Below are positions 1-10,148 of a DNA stretch of 64,000 nt, piece after piece. The notes beneath the pieces were generated by a model. The model was not told the DNA's origin, did not search any database, and saw nothing but the letters and a program-made list of their open reading frames with translations. Source of the stretch: Sedimentisphaerales bacterium (GTDB lineage Bacteria; Planctomycetota; Phycisphaerae; Sedimentisphaerales; UBA12454); assembly GCA_050014075.1 (NCBI GenBank), contig JBEKEA010000005.1, positions 3,790 through 67,789 of the forward strand, read 5' to 3'. The first letter of the stretch is position 1, and each line of letters starts with the position of its first letter. The position numbers were made by a program, and so were the translations under genes.

Positions 1-471
1 ATAACGCCTGACAATGTAAAAAAGGAATATTATCTGACCGATGCACTGCATTTGATAATAAAGGCCGGGCATAAAGTTGTGGCCGTGACGGCAGTAGCCG
101 CAGAAGACGCGATAGGCGTAAATAGCCGCCAGCATCTCAGCGAGGCAGGCAAGATTATGCAGCGAAGGATTCAGGAATGTTTTATGAAATCGGGAGTAAC
201 AATAGTTGACCCGCCAAATACGTGGATTGATGCCCGCACTCAAATCGGGCAGGATTCTGTAATTGAGCCGTTTACATACATCCACGGACAAGTCAAAATC
301 GGACAAAACTGCAGAGTCGGGCCTTTCGCATACCTCAGAGACGGCGCTGTCCTTGAAGATAAAGTAGTCCTGGGCGTTTTTACGGAAGTAAAAAATATTC
401 ATTTAAAGGCAGGGGCGGTTGTAAATTCCGAAGACGTTAAACAAAGAAACAATAAAGGGGCTGAAAAATGA
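1..471 (+). CDS. glmU: GlmU-like UDP-GlcNAc pyrophosphorylase, 3' part (5' end outside window); ends early in the hexapeptide domain
   Basis: Frame 1 is open from base 1: KKEYYLTDAL..GVNSRQHL..GVTIVDP..IGQDSVIEP..VGPFAYLR..FTEVKN, the GlmU linker and start of the LbH domain; directly upstream of prs. Confidence 0.8.
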   Translation: MTPDNVKKEYYLTDALHLIIKAGHKVVAVTAVAAEDAIGVNSRQHLSEAGKIMQRRIQECFMKSGVTIVDPPNTWIDARTQIGQDSVIEPFTYIHGQVKIGQNCRVGPFAYLRDGAVLEDKVVLGVFTEVKNIHLKAGAVVNSEDVKQRNNKGAEK

Positions 472-1415
472 CTTTAAATAATAACATAAAGATTTTCAGC
501 GGCTCAAGTAACCCCGAACTTACTGAAAAGATATGTAAATATCTTAATATGCCTGTAGGCGAGGCGAAGATTGAGCGTTTTCCGGACGGCGAAAAAATAA
601 TAAAATGTGAAGACGATGTCCGCGGCAAAGATTGTTTTGTGGTGCAGTCCGGTTGTGAGCCTGTAGATGCCAATATTATAGAACTTTTGATTTTTCTCGA
701 TTGCCTCAAACGCGCAAGCGCAAGCAGAGTAACGGCAGTAATTCCATATTTCGGCTACGCACGACAGGACAGAAAAGACGAAGGCAGGGTGCCGATAACC
801 GCAAAACTGGTATCGAATTTAATAACTACGGCAGGTGCCGACAGAGTTCTGGCGATGGACCTGCACGCGGCACAATTGCAGGGATTTTTCGATATTCCAG
901 TGGACCATCTTTTTGCCGAGCCTGTGCTGACAAAATATTTCAAAAGCAAAAAAATCAGTAACCTGACAATAGTTTCGCCTGACGTTGGAAATATAAAAAG
1001 GGCGGCAAGATATGTTGAGCATTTGAACGGAGAGCTGGCGATAGTTCACAAAAGACGAATAAACGGCAGAGAAGTCCAATGCGGAGAAATCATCGGAGAA
1101 GTAAAGGGCAGAAATATCCTGATGTGCGACGATATGATTTCAACCGCAGGCACAATGTGCAGCGCGGCAAAGCTGCTTAAGGAGCGAGGCGCAGAAAAAA
1201 TATTCATTGGCGCGACACACGGACTGTTCAGCGACAAGGCAGCGGAAAATATCGCTGAAGCGCCTATCGACGAAGTGGTAGTGACAGACACTGTGCCGAT
1301 AAAACAGGAAACAAAGAAACTTATCAATCTTAAAGTGCTGACAGTATCGGATATACTGGGCGAAGCAATAAAGCGAATACATAAAAACGAATCAATAAGT
1401 GCAATGTTTGCATAA
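468..1415 (+). CDS. prs: Ribose-phosphate pyrophosphokinase
   Basis: RFPDGE, PYFGYARQDRK, DLHAAQLQGFF, DDMISTAGT motifs. Confidence 0.97.
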   Translation: MTLNNNIKIFSGSSNPELTEKICKYLNMPVGEAKIERFPDGEKIIKCEDDVRGKDCFVVQSGCEPVDANIIELLIFLDCLKRASASRVTAVIPYFGYARQDRKDEGRVPITAKLVSNLITTAGADRVLAMDLHAAQLQGFFDIPVDHLFAEPVLTKYFKSKKISNLTIVSPDVGNIKRAARYVEHLNGELAIVHKRRINGREVQCGEIIGEVKGRNILMCDDMISTAGTMCSAAKLLKERGAEKIFIGATHGLFSDKAAENIAEAPIDEVVVTDTVPIKQETKKLINLKVLTVSDILGEAIKRIHKNESISAMFA

Positions 1416-1442
1416 TTTTATTAAAAGATGAGGTAAAAAAGT

Positions 1443-2123
1443 ATGGTATCGAAAGAAGAGTTGATTTTAAAGGCCCAAACAAGACAGGAACGAGGGAAAA
1501 AACGTTCGGTAAAGCTCCGCAAGGATGGCAAAATACCTGCCATAATTTACGGCCACAAACAAGAGCCGCAGGCCGTAGCGCTTAACGAGCACGATTTCAC
1601 GGAAATTATTCATCACGGCAAAAGGCTGCTCGATGTGGAAATTGACGGGAAAGCAGAAAAACTGCTGATTAAGGATGTCCAATACGATTATCTTGGCAAA
1701 AGGATAATCCATACGGATTTAATCAGAGTTGATTTGAGCGAAAAAGTCAAGGTCCAGGTGCCGCTGGTCTTTAAGGGCATTCCGGCAGGAGCGAGCGAAG
1801 GCGGAGTTCTCGAAGAACATCTGGCTCAACTCGAAGTGGAATGTACAGTTACCGAGATACCTAAAGCAATCGATGTTTTGGTAAAGGCAATGAAGATAGA
1901 CGATTCGATTTATGCCCGCGATATCGTATTGCCTACAGGTGTCAAACTTGTAACCGGGCCTGAGGTTCTTGTGATTGCCTGCCATGTACCTTTGGTTATC
2001 GAACCGGTAGTAGCAGAAGTTGCGGCAGTTGAAGAGCCGACATCTCCTGAGGTTATAACAGAAAGAAAACCGAAGGAAGGTGAAGAAGAGGCCGGTGCAG
2101 CACCAGAAAAGGAAAAGAAATAG
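1443..2123 (+). CDS. rplY: 50S ribosomal protein bL25 (long CTC form)
   Basis: LRKDGKIPAIIYG, IKDVQYD..IIHTDL; prs-rplY-pth order. Confidence 0.95.
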   Translation: MVSKEELILKAQTRQERGKKRSVKLRKDGKIPAIIYGHKQEPQAVALNEHDFTEIIHHGKRLLDVEIDGKAEKLLIKDVQYDYLGKRIIHTDLIRVDLSEKVKVQVPLVFKGIPAGASEGGVLEEHLAQLEVECTVTEIPKAIDVLVKAMKIDDSIYARDIVLPTGVKLVTGPEVLVIACHVPLVIEPVVAEVAAVEEPTSPEVITERKPKEGEEEAGAAPEKEKK

Positions 2124-2147
2124 TTTTGGCTGGCCGCAAGAGCTTGA

Positions 2148-2735
2148 ATGGATGACATTCGTTTAATAGCTGGACTTGGCAACCCTGACAAAGAGTACCA
2201 GGGGACTCGACATAATATCGGGTTTGAAGTAGTAGAATCGTTGGCAGAAAAGTTCGGCGTCGAAGTGAAAAAAGAAAAGTTCGGCGCGGCTTTGGGCCAA
2301 ACGATTTTTGAAGATAAAAAGTTAATATTGCTAAAGCCGCTGACATATATGAACAACAGCGGACAGGTAATCGCGACAGTCGCCGGTTTTTACAAGCTCA
2401 CAGCAGAGCAGATACTCGTAATAACCGACGATATGGCTCTGGAGCCGGGCCTGATAAGGATAAGAGCATCCGGTTCGGCGGGCAGTCATAACGGACTGGC
2501 TGATATCGTTGAGAAACTTGGCACCGAAAATTTCAGTCGGCTCAGAGTCGGCATCGGTGAAAAAGGGCAAATGGAAGGAAGAGATTATGTTCTTTCCAGA
2601 CCAAGCCAGGCCGAAAGAGAACTTCTGGACAAAGCCATTACCGAGGCGACAGAAGCGTCCGTTTTCTGGGTTCGCCAGGGCGCTGACGCGGCGATGACGA
2701 AATTTAATAAAAAGAATATAACTAAAGAAAAGTAA
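2148..2735 (+). CDS. pth: Peptidyl-tRNA hydrolase
   Basis: LIAGLGNP..Y..TRHNIGF, KPLTYMNNSG, GSAGSHNGL, RLRVGIG. Confidence 0.97.
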   Translation: MDDIRLIAGLGNPDKEYQGTRHNIGFEVVESLAEKFGVEVKKEKFGAALGQTIFEDKKLILLKPLTYMNNSGQVIATVAGFYKLTAEQILVITDDMALEPGLIRIRASGSAGSHNGLADIVEKLGTENFSRLRVGIGEKGQMEGRDYVLSRPSQAERELLDKAITEATEASVFWVRQGADAAMTKFNKKNITKEK

Positions 2736-2766
2736 AAAGTTAAAAAAAGTATTAAGGAGTGTAAAT

Positions 2767-3213
2767 TTGGAAAACGTAACCAAGAGATTGTACGAAGCGT
2801 TGTTTCTCGTTGATTCCGGCGAGGCAGCTTCCGACTGGCAGGGCATAAATGACCATGTGAAGAAAATAATGGAGCGCAACGAAGCTGAAATACTCAGTAT
2901 TCGCAAGTGGGACGAACGTCCTCTGGCCTATCCGATAATGGGCAGAAAAAGAGGCACGTATATCCTTGTATACTTTAATGCCCTGTGCGTGAAATTAAGC
3001 GCGATTGAACGGGATACGCAGCTTTCGGAAAGGATTCTACGGGTTATTATTCTCCGCGGCGACCATATAACGCCTGAGGATATGGCAAAGGATACTCCTG
3101 CGATACTGGCGGAAAAGCATCTCATCAAACCTGTCGCTGTCGAAATTGCAGCAGTTGCAGCGATTGAAGAAGAAGACGATGAAGAAGTGCCGGGCATCGA
3201 AGAGCAGGTTTAG
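2767..3213 (+). CDS. rpsF: 30S ribosomal protein bS6
   Basis: YEALFLV, W..RPLAYPI..G.Y, ILRVIIL; TTG start after AAGGAG. Confidence 0.93.
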   Translation: MENVTKRLYEALFLVDSGEAASDWQGINDHVKKIMERNEAEILSIRKWDERPLAYPIMGRKRGTYILVYFNALCVKLSAIERDTQLSERILRVIILRGDHITPEDMAKDTPAILAEKHLIKPVAVEIAAVAAIEEEDDEEVPGIEEQV

Positions 3214-3245
3214 CCAGGCGAAAGTAAATTCTAAAGGAAGTCGAT

Positions 3246-3680
3246 ATGGCAAATTTCAATAAAGTGATTTTGCTGGGTAACCTGACGCGAGACCCGCAAC
3301 TGTCGTATCTGCCGTCTCAAACGGCGGTAGTAGATTTTGGTCTTGCAATTAACCGAAACTGGACAGGCTCGGACGGCCAGAAGAAAGAAGAAGTTTGCTT
3401 TGTGGACTGCAGAGCATTCGGCAAGCCTGCGGAAACAATAAATAAATATTGCAAGAAAGGTAATCCATTGCTGGTAGAAGGCAGGCTTACATTTGACAGC
3501 TGGACAGGAAAAGATGGCGCCAAGCGCAGCAGACTTCGGGTTACAGTAGAGAGTTTCCAGTTTATATCGGCAGGAGGTGTCAGGCAGGCGACCGCCGGCA
3601 GTGCGGAAGAATCACAAATTCCCCCGACAGATGCCGGGCCGGAGCAGCCACAGGCAGGCGGCGACGATATACCGTTCTAA
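3246..3680 (+). CDS. ssb: Single-stranded DNA-binding protein
   Basis: NKVILLGNLTRDP, KG..LLVEGRL, C-terminal DDIPF. Confidence 0.97.
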   Translation: MANFNKVILLGNLTRDPQLSYLPSQTAVVDFGLAINRNWTGSDGQKKEEVCFVDCRAFGKPAETINKYCKKGNPLLVEGRLTFDSWTGKDGAKRSRLRVTVESFQFISAGGVRQATAGSAEESQIPPTDAGPEQPQAGGDDIPF

Positions 3681-3732
3681 CAGGATGATTAAAGAAATAA
3701 TAATTAAGTGATTTTTTTAGGAGTAATATTCA

Positions 3733-4005
3733 GTGAGAGGTCAAAACTTTAAAAAGAAGCCAGACAATAAGAACAAGAAGAAAAAACGCAGAGAAAATGT
3801 CCGGGAACAGAATCAATGTAGGTTCTGCAGGTCAAAAGTTAAATACGTTGACTTCAAAGATACGGATATATTAGGCAAACTGCTTACCCATCGAGGCAAG
3901 ATTTTCTCACGCAAGCGCAGCGGAAATTGCGCAGGTTGCCAGCGAAAAGTCAAAATGGCGATAAAGCGGGCAAGATTTATGGGCCTGCTTCCGTTTACAA
4001 GTTAA
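3733..4005 (+). CDS. rpsR: 30S ribosomal protein bS18 (Zn-binding form)
   Basis: CRFC..VDFKD..GKIFSRKRSGNCAGCQR..AIKRARFMGLLPF. Confidence 0.95.
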   Translation: MRGQNFKKKPDNKNKKKKRRENVREQNQCRFCRSKVKYVDFKDTDILGKLLTHRGKIFSRKRSGNCAGCQRKVKMAIKRARFMGLLPFTS

Positions 4006-4056
4006 TCTGTATTTCGAGAAAATTAAAAACCCCGATAGATTATTGGAGATATTAGT

Positions 4057-4548
4057 ATGAAGGTTTTACTATGTGAAGATGTAGAAACACTCGGCTACTA
4101 CGGCGACGTAGTTAATGTCCGCGTAGGTTACGCCCGGAATTTTCTTTTGCCTCAGAGACTGGCGATAATCCCGACCGAAGCAAAGATAAAGGGAATGGCG
4201 GAAGAAAAGGGCAGAAGAAACGAGCATAGAAAAGTTGTCATCGAGAATTTCAAAAAGGCTGCGGATGCTGTCAATGGCGCAGAGGTTGTTTTGGCCGCAA
4301 GAGCGAACGAACAGGGTCATTTGTTCGGTTCAATCAGCGAAAAGGAAATTGCCGCCAATCTTCGCCAGCAGGGATTTGAAGTGGCCGATAAGTTTGTTGT
4401 GCTTGACGGCGGGCATATAAAGGAAGTCGGCGAGCGCACTATTAAACTGAAATTCACAGCAGAAGTAACCGCTTCTGTAAAGGTTGTTATAGTTCCGGAA
4501 AAACAGGAAACGACCGATGACTCCCAAGGACAAACAAAACAGGAATAA
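4057..4548 (+). CDS. rplI: 50S ribosomal protein bL9
   Basis: MKVLL.EDV..LG..GDVVNVRVGYARNFLLP; HLFGSI. Confidence 0.96.
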   Translation: MKVLLCEDVETLGYYGDVVNVRVGYARNFLLPQRLAIIPTEAKIKGMAEEKGRRNEHRKVVIENFKKAADAVNGAEVVLAARANEQGHLFGSISEKEIAANLRQQGFEVADKFVVLDGGHIKEVGERTIKLKFTAEVTASVKVVIVPEKQETTDDSQGQTKQE

Positions 4549-5929
4549 TAAGGCGCAATCTGTCCGGAAGACGGATTCTTCGTCTTTGCAGCTTGGCGGC
4601 AGGACAATGCCGGAATCGCTGGAAGCGGAAGCGGCAGTGCTCGGTTCGATGATACTCGACCCGGAGTGCATAGGTCAGGTAGTGCAGCAGGTTACAACGG
4701 GCGCTTTTTATCGTATCGAACATCAGATGATATTCGATGCGATTGTATCGCTATGGGAAAAGAAGAACGAGAAATTCGACCTTTTGCTGCTAAGAGACGA
4801 ACTTAAGAACCGCAGTCAACTCGAAGAAGCCGGCGGGGCGGAATATCTTGTCAAAATAGCAGAGTCGGTGCCGTCAAGCGCCAATGTCGAACAATACCTG
4901 CAGATTGTCAAAGACAAACAGATGATGCGCGAGCTTATCAGCGCGGCAGGCGAAGTATTGACGGAGGCATTCGAGACAGCCGGGGACGCGGCGGAAAAGT
5001 TAGACAGGGCCGAACAAAAAATATTCAACGTTACGCAGAAAAAAATAACCGGCTCGGCAGTTTCAATCAAACAGCTTTTAACCGAGGCGTTCGAGGCAAT
5101 CGACAGGCGTGAAGGACATCATATAACCGGTTTGCCGACAGGTTTCGCGGAGATAGACGATTTGACATGCGGGCTTCAGAACGGCGAAATGATTGTTATC
5201 GCGGGCAGGCCGAGTATGGGCAAGACGAGCTTTGCGATGAATATCGCAGAGCATATCGGCGCGGACAATAATATTTCTGTCGCGTTCTTTTCGCTTGAAA
5301 TGAGCAGACAGCAGCTTGCCGAGCGTATGCTGTGCAGCAGGGCAATGATGGATTCTCAAATTGTCCGAAAGGGCATGATTAACGATAATCAGTATCAGGA
5401 GCTTGTTCACGCGGCGAGCGAGTTGAGCGAAAAACCGATTTTTGTCGACGATACGCCTGGCATAACGCCTCTTGAGCTGCGCGGCAAAGCAAGAAGACTT
5501 CGCAGCCGATATGGGATTAAATGCGTTTTCATAGATTATCTGCAGCTTATGAGCCAGGGCGGAAAAGTTGAGTCCAGGCAGCAGGAAGTAAGCGAAATAA
5601 GCAGGTATTTGAAGGCACTTGCGAGAGAGCTTGAAATACCAGTTATAGTTTTAAGTCAGCTTAACCGCTCGCCTGAAGGAAGAGAAGGACACAGGCCGAG
5701 AATGAGCGACCTTCGGGAAAGCGGAAGTATCGAACAGGACGCAGACGTTGTTGTGCTATTACACCGTGAAGACTACTATCATCGCGGAGAGCAGGATTAT
5801 CAGGAAACCAACAGCGCAGAAATAATAATTGCCAAGCAGCGAAATGGGCCGACAGATACAATTGAACTGAACTTTAATGGCACATTTACTCGTTTTGGCA
5901 ACAAAACCAGAGTTCAAGAACCTTTCTGA
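4517..5929 (+). CDS. dnaB: Replicative DNA helicase
   Basis: EAEAAVLGSM, Walker A AGRPSMGKT, IDYLQL, LSQLNR, SDLRESGSIEQDAD, IAKQRNGPT. Confidence 0.98.
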   Translation: MTPKDKQNRNNKAQSVRKTDSSSLQLGGRTMPESLEAEAAVLGSMILDPECIGQVVQQVTTGAFYRIEHQMIFDAIVSLWEKKNEKFDLLLLRDELKNRSQLEEAGGAEYLVKIAESVPSSANVEQYLQIVKDKQMMRELISAAGEVLTEAFETAGDAAEKLDRAEQKIFNVTQKKITGSAVSIKQLLTEAFEAIDRREGHHITGLPTGFAEIDDLTCGLQNGEMIVIAGRPSMGKTSFAMNIAEHIGADNNISVAFFSLEMSRQQLAERMLCSRAMMDSQIVRKGMINDNQYQELVHAASELSEKPIFVDDTPGITPLELRGKARRLRSRYGIKCVFIDYLQLMSQGGKVESRQQEVSEISRYLKALARELEIPVIVLSQLNRSPEGREGHRPRMSDLRESGSIEQDADVVVLLHREDYYHRGEQDYQETNSAEIIIAKQRNGPTDTIELNFNGTFTRFGNKTRVQEPF

Positions 5930-5978
5930 TGTCGGCAAATATCGGAAGGAAATGGATTTTTACAGGAAAGGGATTTTA

Positions 5979-8411
5979 ATGTTGAATTCCGAAAGCCCTG
6001 GTAAAGTTTACAGGTCGGCAGCAGTATTGTTTTTTATATTTATCCTGTTCTGCGTTTTTAATTATGCTATACAGGCGGACCCGAACAGTCCCGCAGTGGC
6101 TGAGCCAAATAGTATCGCAAAAGCCGAGCCAAATAATCCTGCACAAGCAGAGCCAAATGCTCCTGAACAAACTGGTGAAGCAACCGTTGAAGGCAAGGTC
6201 ATAGAAAGCGTTCAAACAAAAGGCAATATATACCTCAGCGAAGGAAAAATATTATCAATGGCAAGAAGCAGAGAAGGTGAGCTTTTTTCCACGGAGGAAG
6301 CCCAGAAAGATGTTGGCAGAATCGCCACTCTTAAAGGCGTGGAATTTGCCTATTACAGCACTGAACTTGTCGGTGGGAAAGTAAGACTGACTTTCGCAAT
6401 AAAAGAAAAAATGGTTATTCGTAAGATAACTTTCAGCGGTAATCAAAAATACGACAGTAAAACGCTTATTGAGCAGCTTAAGTTCGAAAGAGGAGATTAT
6501 CTTGATAAGCTGACGGCAAAGGCCGGTGCGGAAAAATTAACGGAATATTACAAGAAAAAAGGTTATCCGGATGTGAAAGTAAGTTTCGACGATTCCGGCA
6601 TAGAGAAGGGCTATCTGCATTATATAATCGACCAGGGGCCGCTGGTTAAAATCAAAAAGGTGCAGTTTAAGGGAAACGTTTCAATAAAAAGCAGGGAACT
6701 TAAAAAAGTTATAAAAAGCAAGCCGAGGGATTTCGGCATTTTCCAGAACTATTACAAGCAAAGCGCAATTGATGACGACCTGGTTAAAATTCAGCAGGCT
6801 TATGACAGGAGAGGCTATCTTGATACGAAAGTAAACGCAGAAACGAATTTTACAAAGAATAAAAAAGGCGCCGAAGTTCTGTTTACTATCGAAGAAGGAA
6901 AGCAATATGACGTTGCAAAAATTGAACTTGTGGGCAACGAATTTTTAAGCGATGCGAATTTGATGAGCACCTTCAGGCTTAAACTTGGAAAGTTTTACAG
7001 CAATGAAAAAGCTGATTTCGACAAGGATGAGATTCTCAAGGCATATCGGCAGATAGGATTCATAAATGTTGATGTGAAGTCATCCAGACAATTTACGGCA
7101 GATAATAAAATTATAGCAAAGTTTGAAATAAAGGAAGGCGATAGATTCCGAATAGGCCTGATAAATATTTCTGGCAACAAAGCTACACAGGATAAAGTTA
7201 TCCGGCGAATACTCGACGAATCGGAGTTCAAGCCCGGCGAATGGTATAACGGCGATATCGCGCAGGGAAACGGCGAAGGACAGCTTGAAAAAAATGTCAA
7301 GTCGAATACTTATGCTGAAACCGCGACTATTATGCCTGTCGGAGACAAGCCAGGCAAAAAAGACGCTGAAGTCAGAGTTACCGAAGGCAAAACAGGTTCG
7401 ATAATGTTTGGAGCAGGCGTCAGCAGCACAGACGGTCTTATTGGACAAATGGTATATGAGCAGAGAAACTTCGACATAAAAAAATGGCCGAAAGACTGGC
7501 GAAAGTTCTTTTCTGAAGATGCCTTTAAAGGAGCAGGCCAGACGTTGCGAATAGCTGCCGAGCCCGGCACACAGGTGAGCCAGTATTCAATCAGCTGGAC
7601 TGAACCGTATTTGAGGGATAAACCGGTAAGTATGACTGTCGCAGGCTCGGAGTGGACGAGAGGAAGAGAAAGCTATGATGAGGAAAGACAAAAAGCTTAT
7701 CTGGGATTTACTCATCGAATGAAAGATGGCTGGTATAGAACCCTTGCGTTCCGATTAGAAAATGTAAATGTTAAGAATGTTGATGACAATGCTCCGACGG
7801 AAGTTAAAGATGTTGAAGGCAAAAATCTCCTTGCCGGAATAAAAATAGGAGTTGGAAGAGATACCACCGATAACAGACTTATGCCGACAAAAGGGAAAAA
7901 CTTTGAGTTGAGTTATGAGCAGGTGGGCGGAGACTATATGTTCGGAGTTGCCGAAGGAACATTCCGCTGGTATAAAACTCTGCGGGAAGATATAGACAGG
8001 CGAAAAACCGTTCTTGAGACAAAATTGTATGCAGCATCGATAGTAGGTAATGCACCGGTGTTCGAGAAGTTTTACGGCGGCGGCATGGGCAGCATAAGAG
8101 GCTTTGAGTATCGAGGAGTAAGCCCACGCTCGGGAGTGAATAAAGACCCAATCGGCAGCAAATGGATAGTAACGGCCAGCGGTGAAGTATCTGTGCCGCT
8201 GACAGCAGAGGCGTTGTCTGGACTTATATTTGTCGATACGGGTATGATTGAAACCGGCGGAATAAGAGCATCGGCAGGTATTGGTATTCAAATTATGATA
8301 CCGCAGTGGTTTGGGCCGGTACCAATGAGATTCGAACTTGCAAATCCGTTACTGAAGAGCAGCGAGGACAGTACTCAAATGTTCAGTTTTTCGGCTGGAG
8401 CATTATTTTAA
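5979..8411 (+). CDS. bamA: Outer membrane protein assembly factor BamA (Omp85) with about five POTRA domains
   Basis: Repeated I..I.F.GN POTRA strands, SIRGFEYRGVSP loop, terminal aromatic residue; start moved to ATG 5979 behind a purine-rich RBS. Confidence 0.93.
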   Translation: MLNSESPGKVYRSAAVLFFIFILFCVFNYAIQADPNSPAVAEPNSIAKAEPNNPAQAEPNAPEQTGEATVEGKVIESVQTKGNIYLSEGKILSMARSREGELFSTEEAQKDVGRIATLKGVEFAYYSTELVGGKVRLTFAIKEKMVIRKITFSGNQKYDSKTLIEQLKFERGDYLDKLTAKAGAEKLTEYYKKKGYPDVKVSFDDSGIEKGYLHYIIDQGPLVKIKKVQFKGNVSIKSRELKKVIKSKPRDFGIFQNYYKQSAIDDDLVKIQQAYDRRGYLDTKVNAETNFTKNKKGAEVLFTIEEGKQYDVAKIELVGNEFLSDANLMSTFRLKLGKFYSNEKADFDKDEILKAYRQIGFINVDVKSSRQFTADNKIIAKFEIKEGDRFRIGLINISGNKATQDKVIRRILDESEFKPGEWYNGDIAQGNGEGQLEKNVKSNTYAETATIMPVGDKPGKKDAEVRVTEGKTGSIMFGAGVSSTDGLIGQMVYEQRNFDIKKWPKDWRKFFSEDAFKGAGQTLRIAAEPGTQVSQYSISWTEPYLRDKPVSMTVAGSEWTRGRESYDEERQKAYLGFTHRMKDGWYRTLAFRLENVNVKNVDDNAPTEVKDVEGKNLLAGIKIGVGRDTTDNRLMPTKGKNFELSYEQVGGDYMFGVAEGTFRWYKTLREDIDRRKTVLETKLYAASIVGNAPVFEKFYGGGMGSIRGFEYRGVSPRSGVNKDPIGSKWIVTASGEVSVPLTAEALSGLIFVDTGMIETGGIRASAGIGIQIMIPQWFGPVPMRFELANPLLKSSEDSTQMFSFSAGALF
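6075..6170 (+). repeat. Four 24-nt in-frame repeats encoding A(D/E)PN octapeptides in the BamA N-terminus
   Basis: ADPNSPAV-AEPNSIAK-AEPNNPAQ-AEPNAPEQ starting at 6075, 6099, 6123, 6147. Confidence 0.85.
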
Positions 8412-8447
8412 TAAGTTTTTTCAAATGGAAATTAAGAAAGGATTACT

Positions 8448-9086
8448 ATGAAGAAAATAAATTTAATAGCTGCTGCTATTCTGGCAGGGGCGGGATTGTT
8501 TGTTCTTGGCAATGAATATTCAGCGGCAAAGGACAGATCGATAGCCCCGGCAAAAATCGGCATCGTAAGCATAAAGGAAATTTTTGACAATTGCACTATT
8601 AAAGCAGAAGCGGAAAAATCGATTAACGCCGAGGGCGAAAAGCGTCTTGCGGAAATTAAAAAGCTCGAAGATGATATAGAAAGCGAAAAAACCGCGCTGA
8701 CCAAATTCAAAGAAGGCTCCCAGGATTATATGGACATGCTCAAGGGGCTGATGATGAAACAATCGCAGCTTGAGGCGCAAAATGAATTTTTCAAACAAGA
8801 CTTTACCATAAAAGATCTGCGCAGCAAGGAGACTATTTATCGGAAAATCCTCGAAGCTGTCGCAAAGGTTGCGCAGGAAAAGGGTCTGGATATGGTTTTG
8901 AGCAGGGACGATAATTATCTTAATCAGCCGGAATCCGCGTCGAATCCTCCGGCTCAGAATCCTACAGAATTTATCCTGACAACAAAGACGCACAAACTGT
9001 TTTATTTCAATAAAGACCTTGATATTACCACTGAAGTACTTAATGCGATGAACGCCGGCAGCAAGGGCGGCCAGACAAAGAAATAA
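8448..9086 (+). CDS. skp: Skp/OmpH periplasmic chaperone
   Basis: Signal peptide, AKIGIVSIKEIF, coiled coil, KVAQEKGLDMVL, DITTEVL; bamA-skp-lpxD order. Confidence 0.88.
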   Translation: MKKINLIAAAILAGAGLFVLGNEYSAAKDRSIAPAKIGIVSIKEIFDNCTIKAEAEKSINAEGEKRLAEIKKLEDDIESEKTALTKFKEGSQDYMDMLKGLMMKQSQLEAQNEFFKQDFTIKDLRSKETIYRKILEAVAKVAQEKGLDMVLSRDDNYLNQPESASNPPAQNPTEFILTTKTHKLFYFNKDLDITTEVLNAMNAGSKGGQTKK

Positions 9087-9101
9087 GGATAATCCGGAAA
9101 A

Positions 9102-10148
9102 ATGACGGAAATAAAAAAAATTACCATAAGTAAACTTGCTGACATTATCGGCGCAAAGCTCGTAGGACCGGGGCAGGCGGAGGTTGTTAGAGTATCAGCC
9201 TTTGAATCCGCCGAGCCCGACAGTATTACTTTTGCCTCCGATGAAAAACTTTTAAATGAAATATCCCAAAGCAAAGCTGCTGCGGTAATTGTGAACAAAA
9301 AAATAGATTCGCCGGTTACTTTGCTTGTCGTTAATAATGTCGAAAAGGCGTTAATAGAGACTTTAAAGCTGTTTATGCCGGTACTTGCCAAGCCTGCGGC
9401 AGGAATTCATAAGACCGCTGTAGTTGAGGCCGGCGCAGTTATTGAAAAAGACGCTTCAATCGGCGCTCTTGCATATATCAGAGCAGGAGCAAAAATTGGC
9501 GAAAAGACCGTTATCGGCGCAGGCTGTAAAATAGGTCAGGATTCGGTTATCGGCAGGGAATGCAGACTTGAGGATAATGTAGTTGTATATCATAACTGCA
9601 CTATCGGAAATAACTGCATCATCGGCGCAAATACCACAATCGGCGCGACCGGTTTCGGCTATTATTTTATCGACGGCCAGCACAGGCTGATACCGCATAC
9701 AGGCGGAGTGATTATTGAAGACTGTGTTGAAATCGGAGCAAACAGTTGTGTTGATAGGGCGAAGTTCGGCAACACAGTAGTCGGGGCAGGAACAAAAATA
9801 GATAATCTTGTTCAGATTTCTCATAATGTCATAATCGGCAAGTGCTGCCTGATTGTTTCGCAGGCAGGTATTTCCGGCAGCACTAAACTCGGCAATGGCG
9901 TTGTTCTTGCGGGGCAGGTCGGCATAAAAGACCATATGACAATTGGCGACGGAGCTCAGATAGGTGCACAGGCAGGCGTGATGAATAATATCGGGCCGAA
10001 TAAGAAGTTTGTTGGCACTCCGGCTATAGAGGTCAAGGAATTTTTTAGACAGGTGCTTTTGAAACATAAACTGCCGGAGATGAGCAAACAATTGAAACAG
10101 CTTATTAAGAAGGTCGAAGAGCTTGAAGCCGCAAAAAACAATAGCTGA
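9102..10148 (+). CDS. lpxD: UDP-3-O-acylglucosamine N-acyltransferase
   Basis: Hexapeptide repeats, IGATGFGY, IPHTGGVII, IGANSCVDR, KIDNLVQISHN. Confidence 0.96.
   Translation: MTEIKKITISKLADIIGAKLVGPGQAEVVRVSAFESAEPDSITFASDEKLLNEISQSKAAAVIVNKKIDSPVTLLVVNNVEKALIETLKLFMPVLAKPAAGIHKTAVVEAGAVIEKDASIGALAYIRAGAKIGEKTVIGAGCKIGQDSVIGRECRLEDNVVVYHNCTIGNNCIIGANTTIGATGFGYYFIDGQHRLIPHTGGVIIEDCVEIGANSCVDRAKFGNTVVGAGTKIDNLVQISHNVIIGKCCLIVSQAGISGSTKLGNGVVLAGQVGIKDHMTIGDGAQIGAQAGVMNNIGPNKKFVGTPAIEVKEFFRQVLLKHKLPEMSKQLKQLIKKVEELEAAKNNS

Noticed and set aside
4517-5929. Intein in DnaB
   Set aside because: Length (470 aa) and motif spacing are those of an uninterrupted helicase
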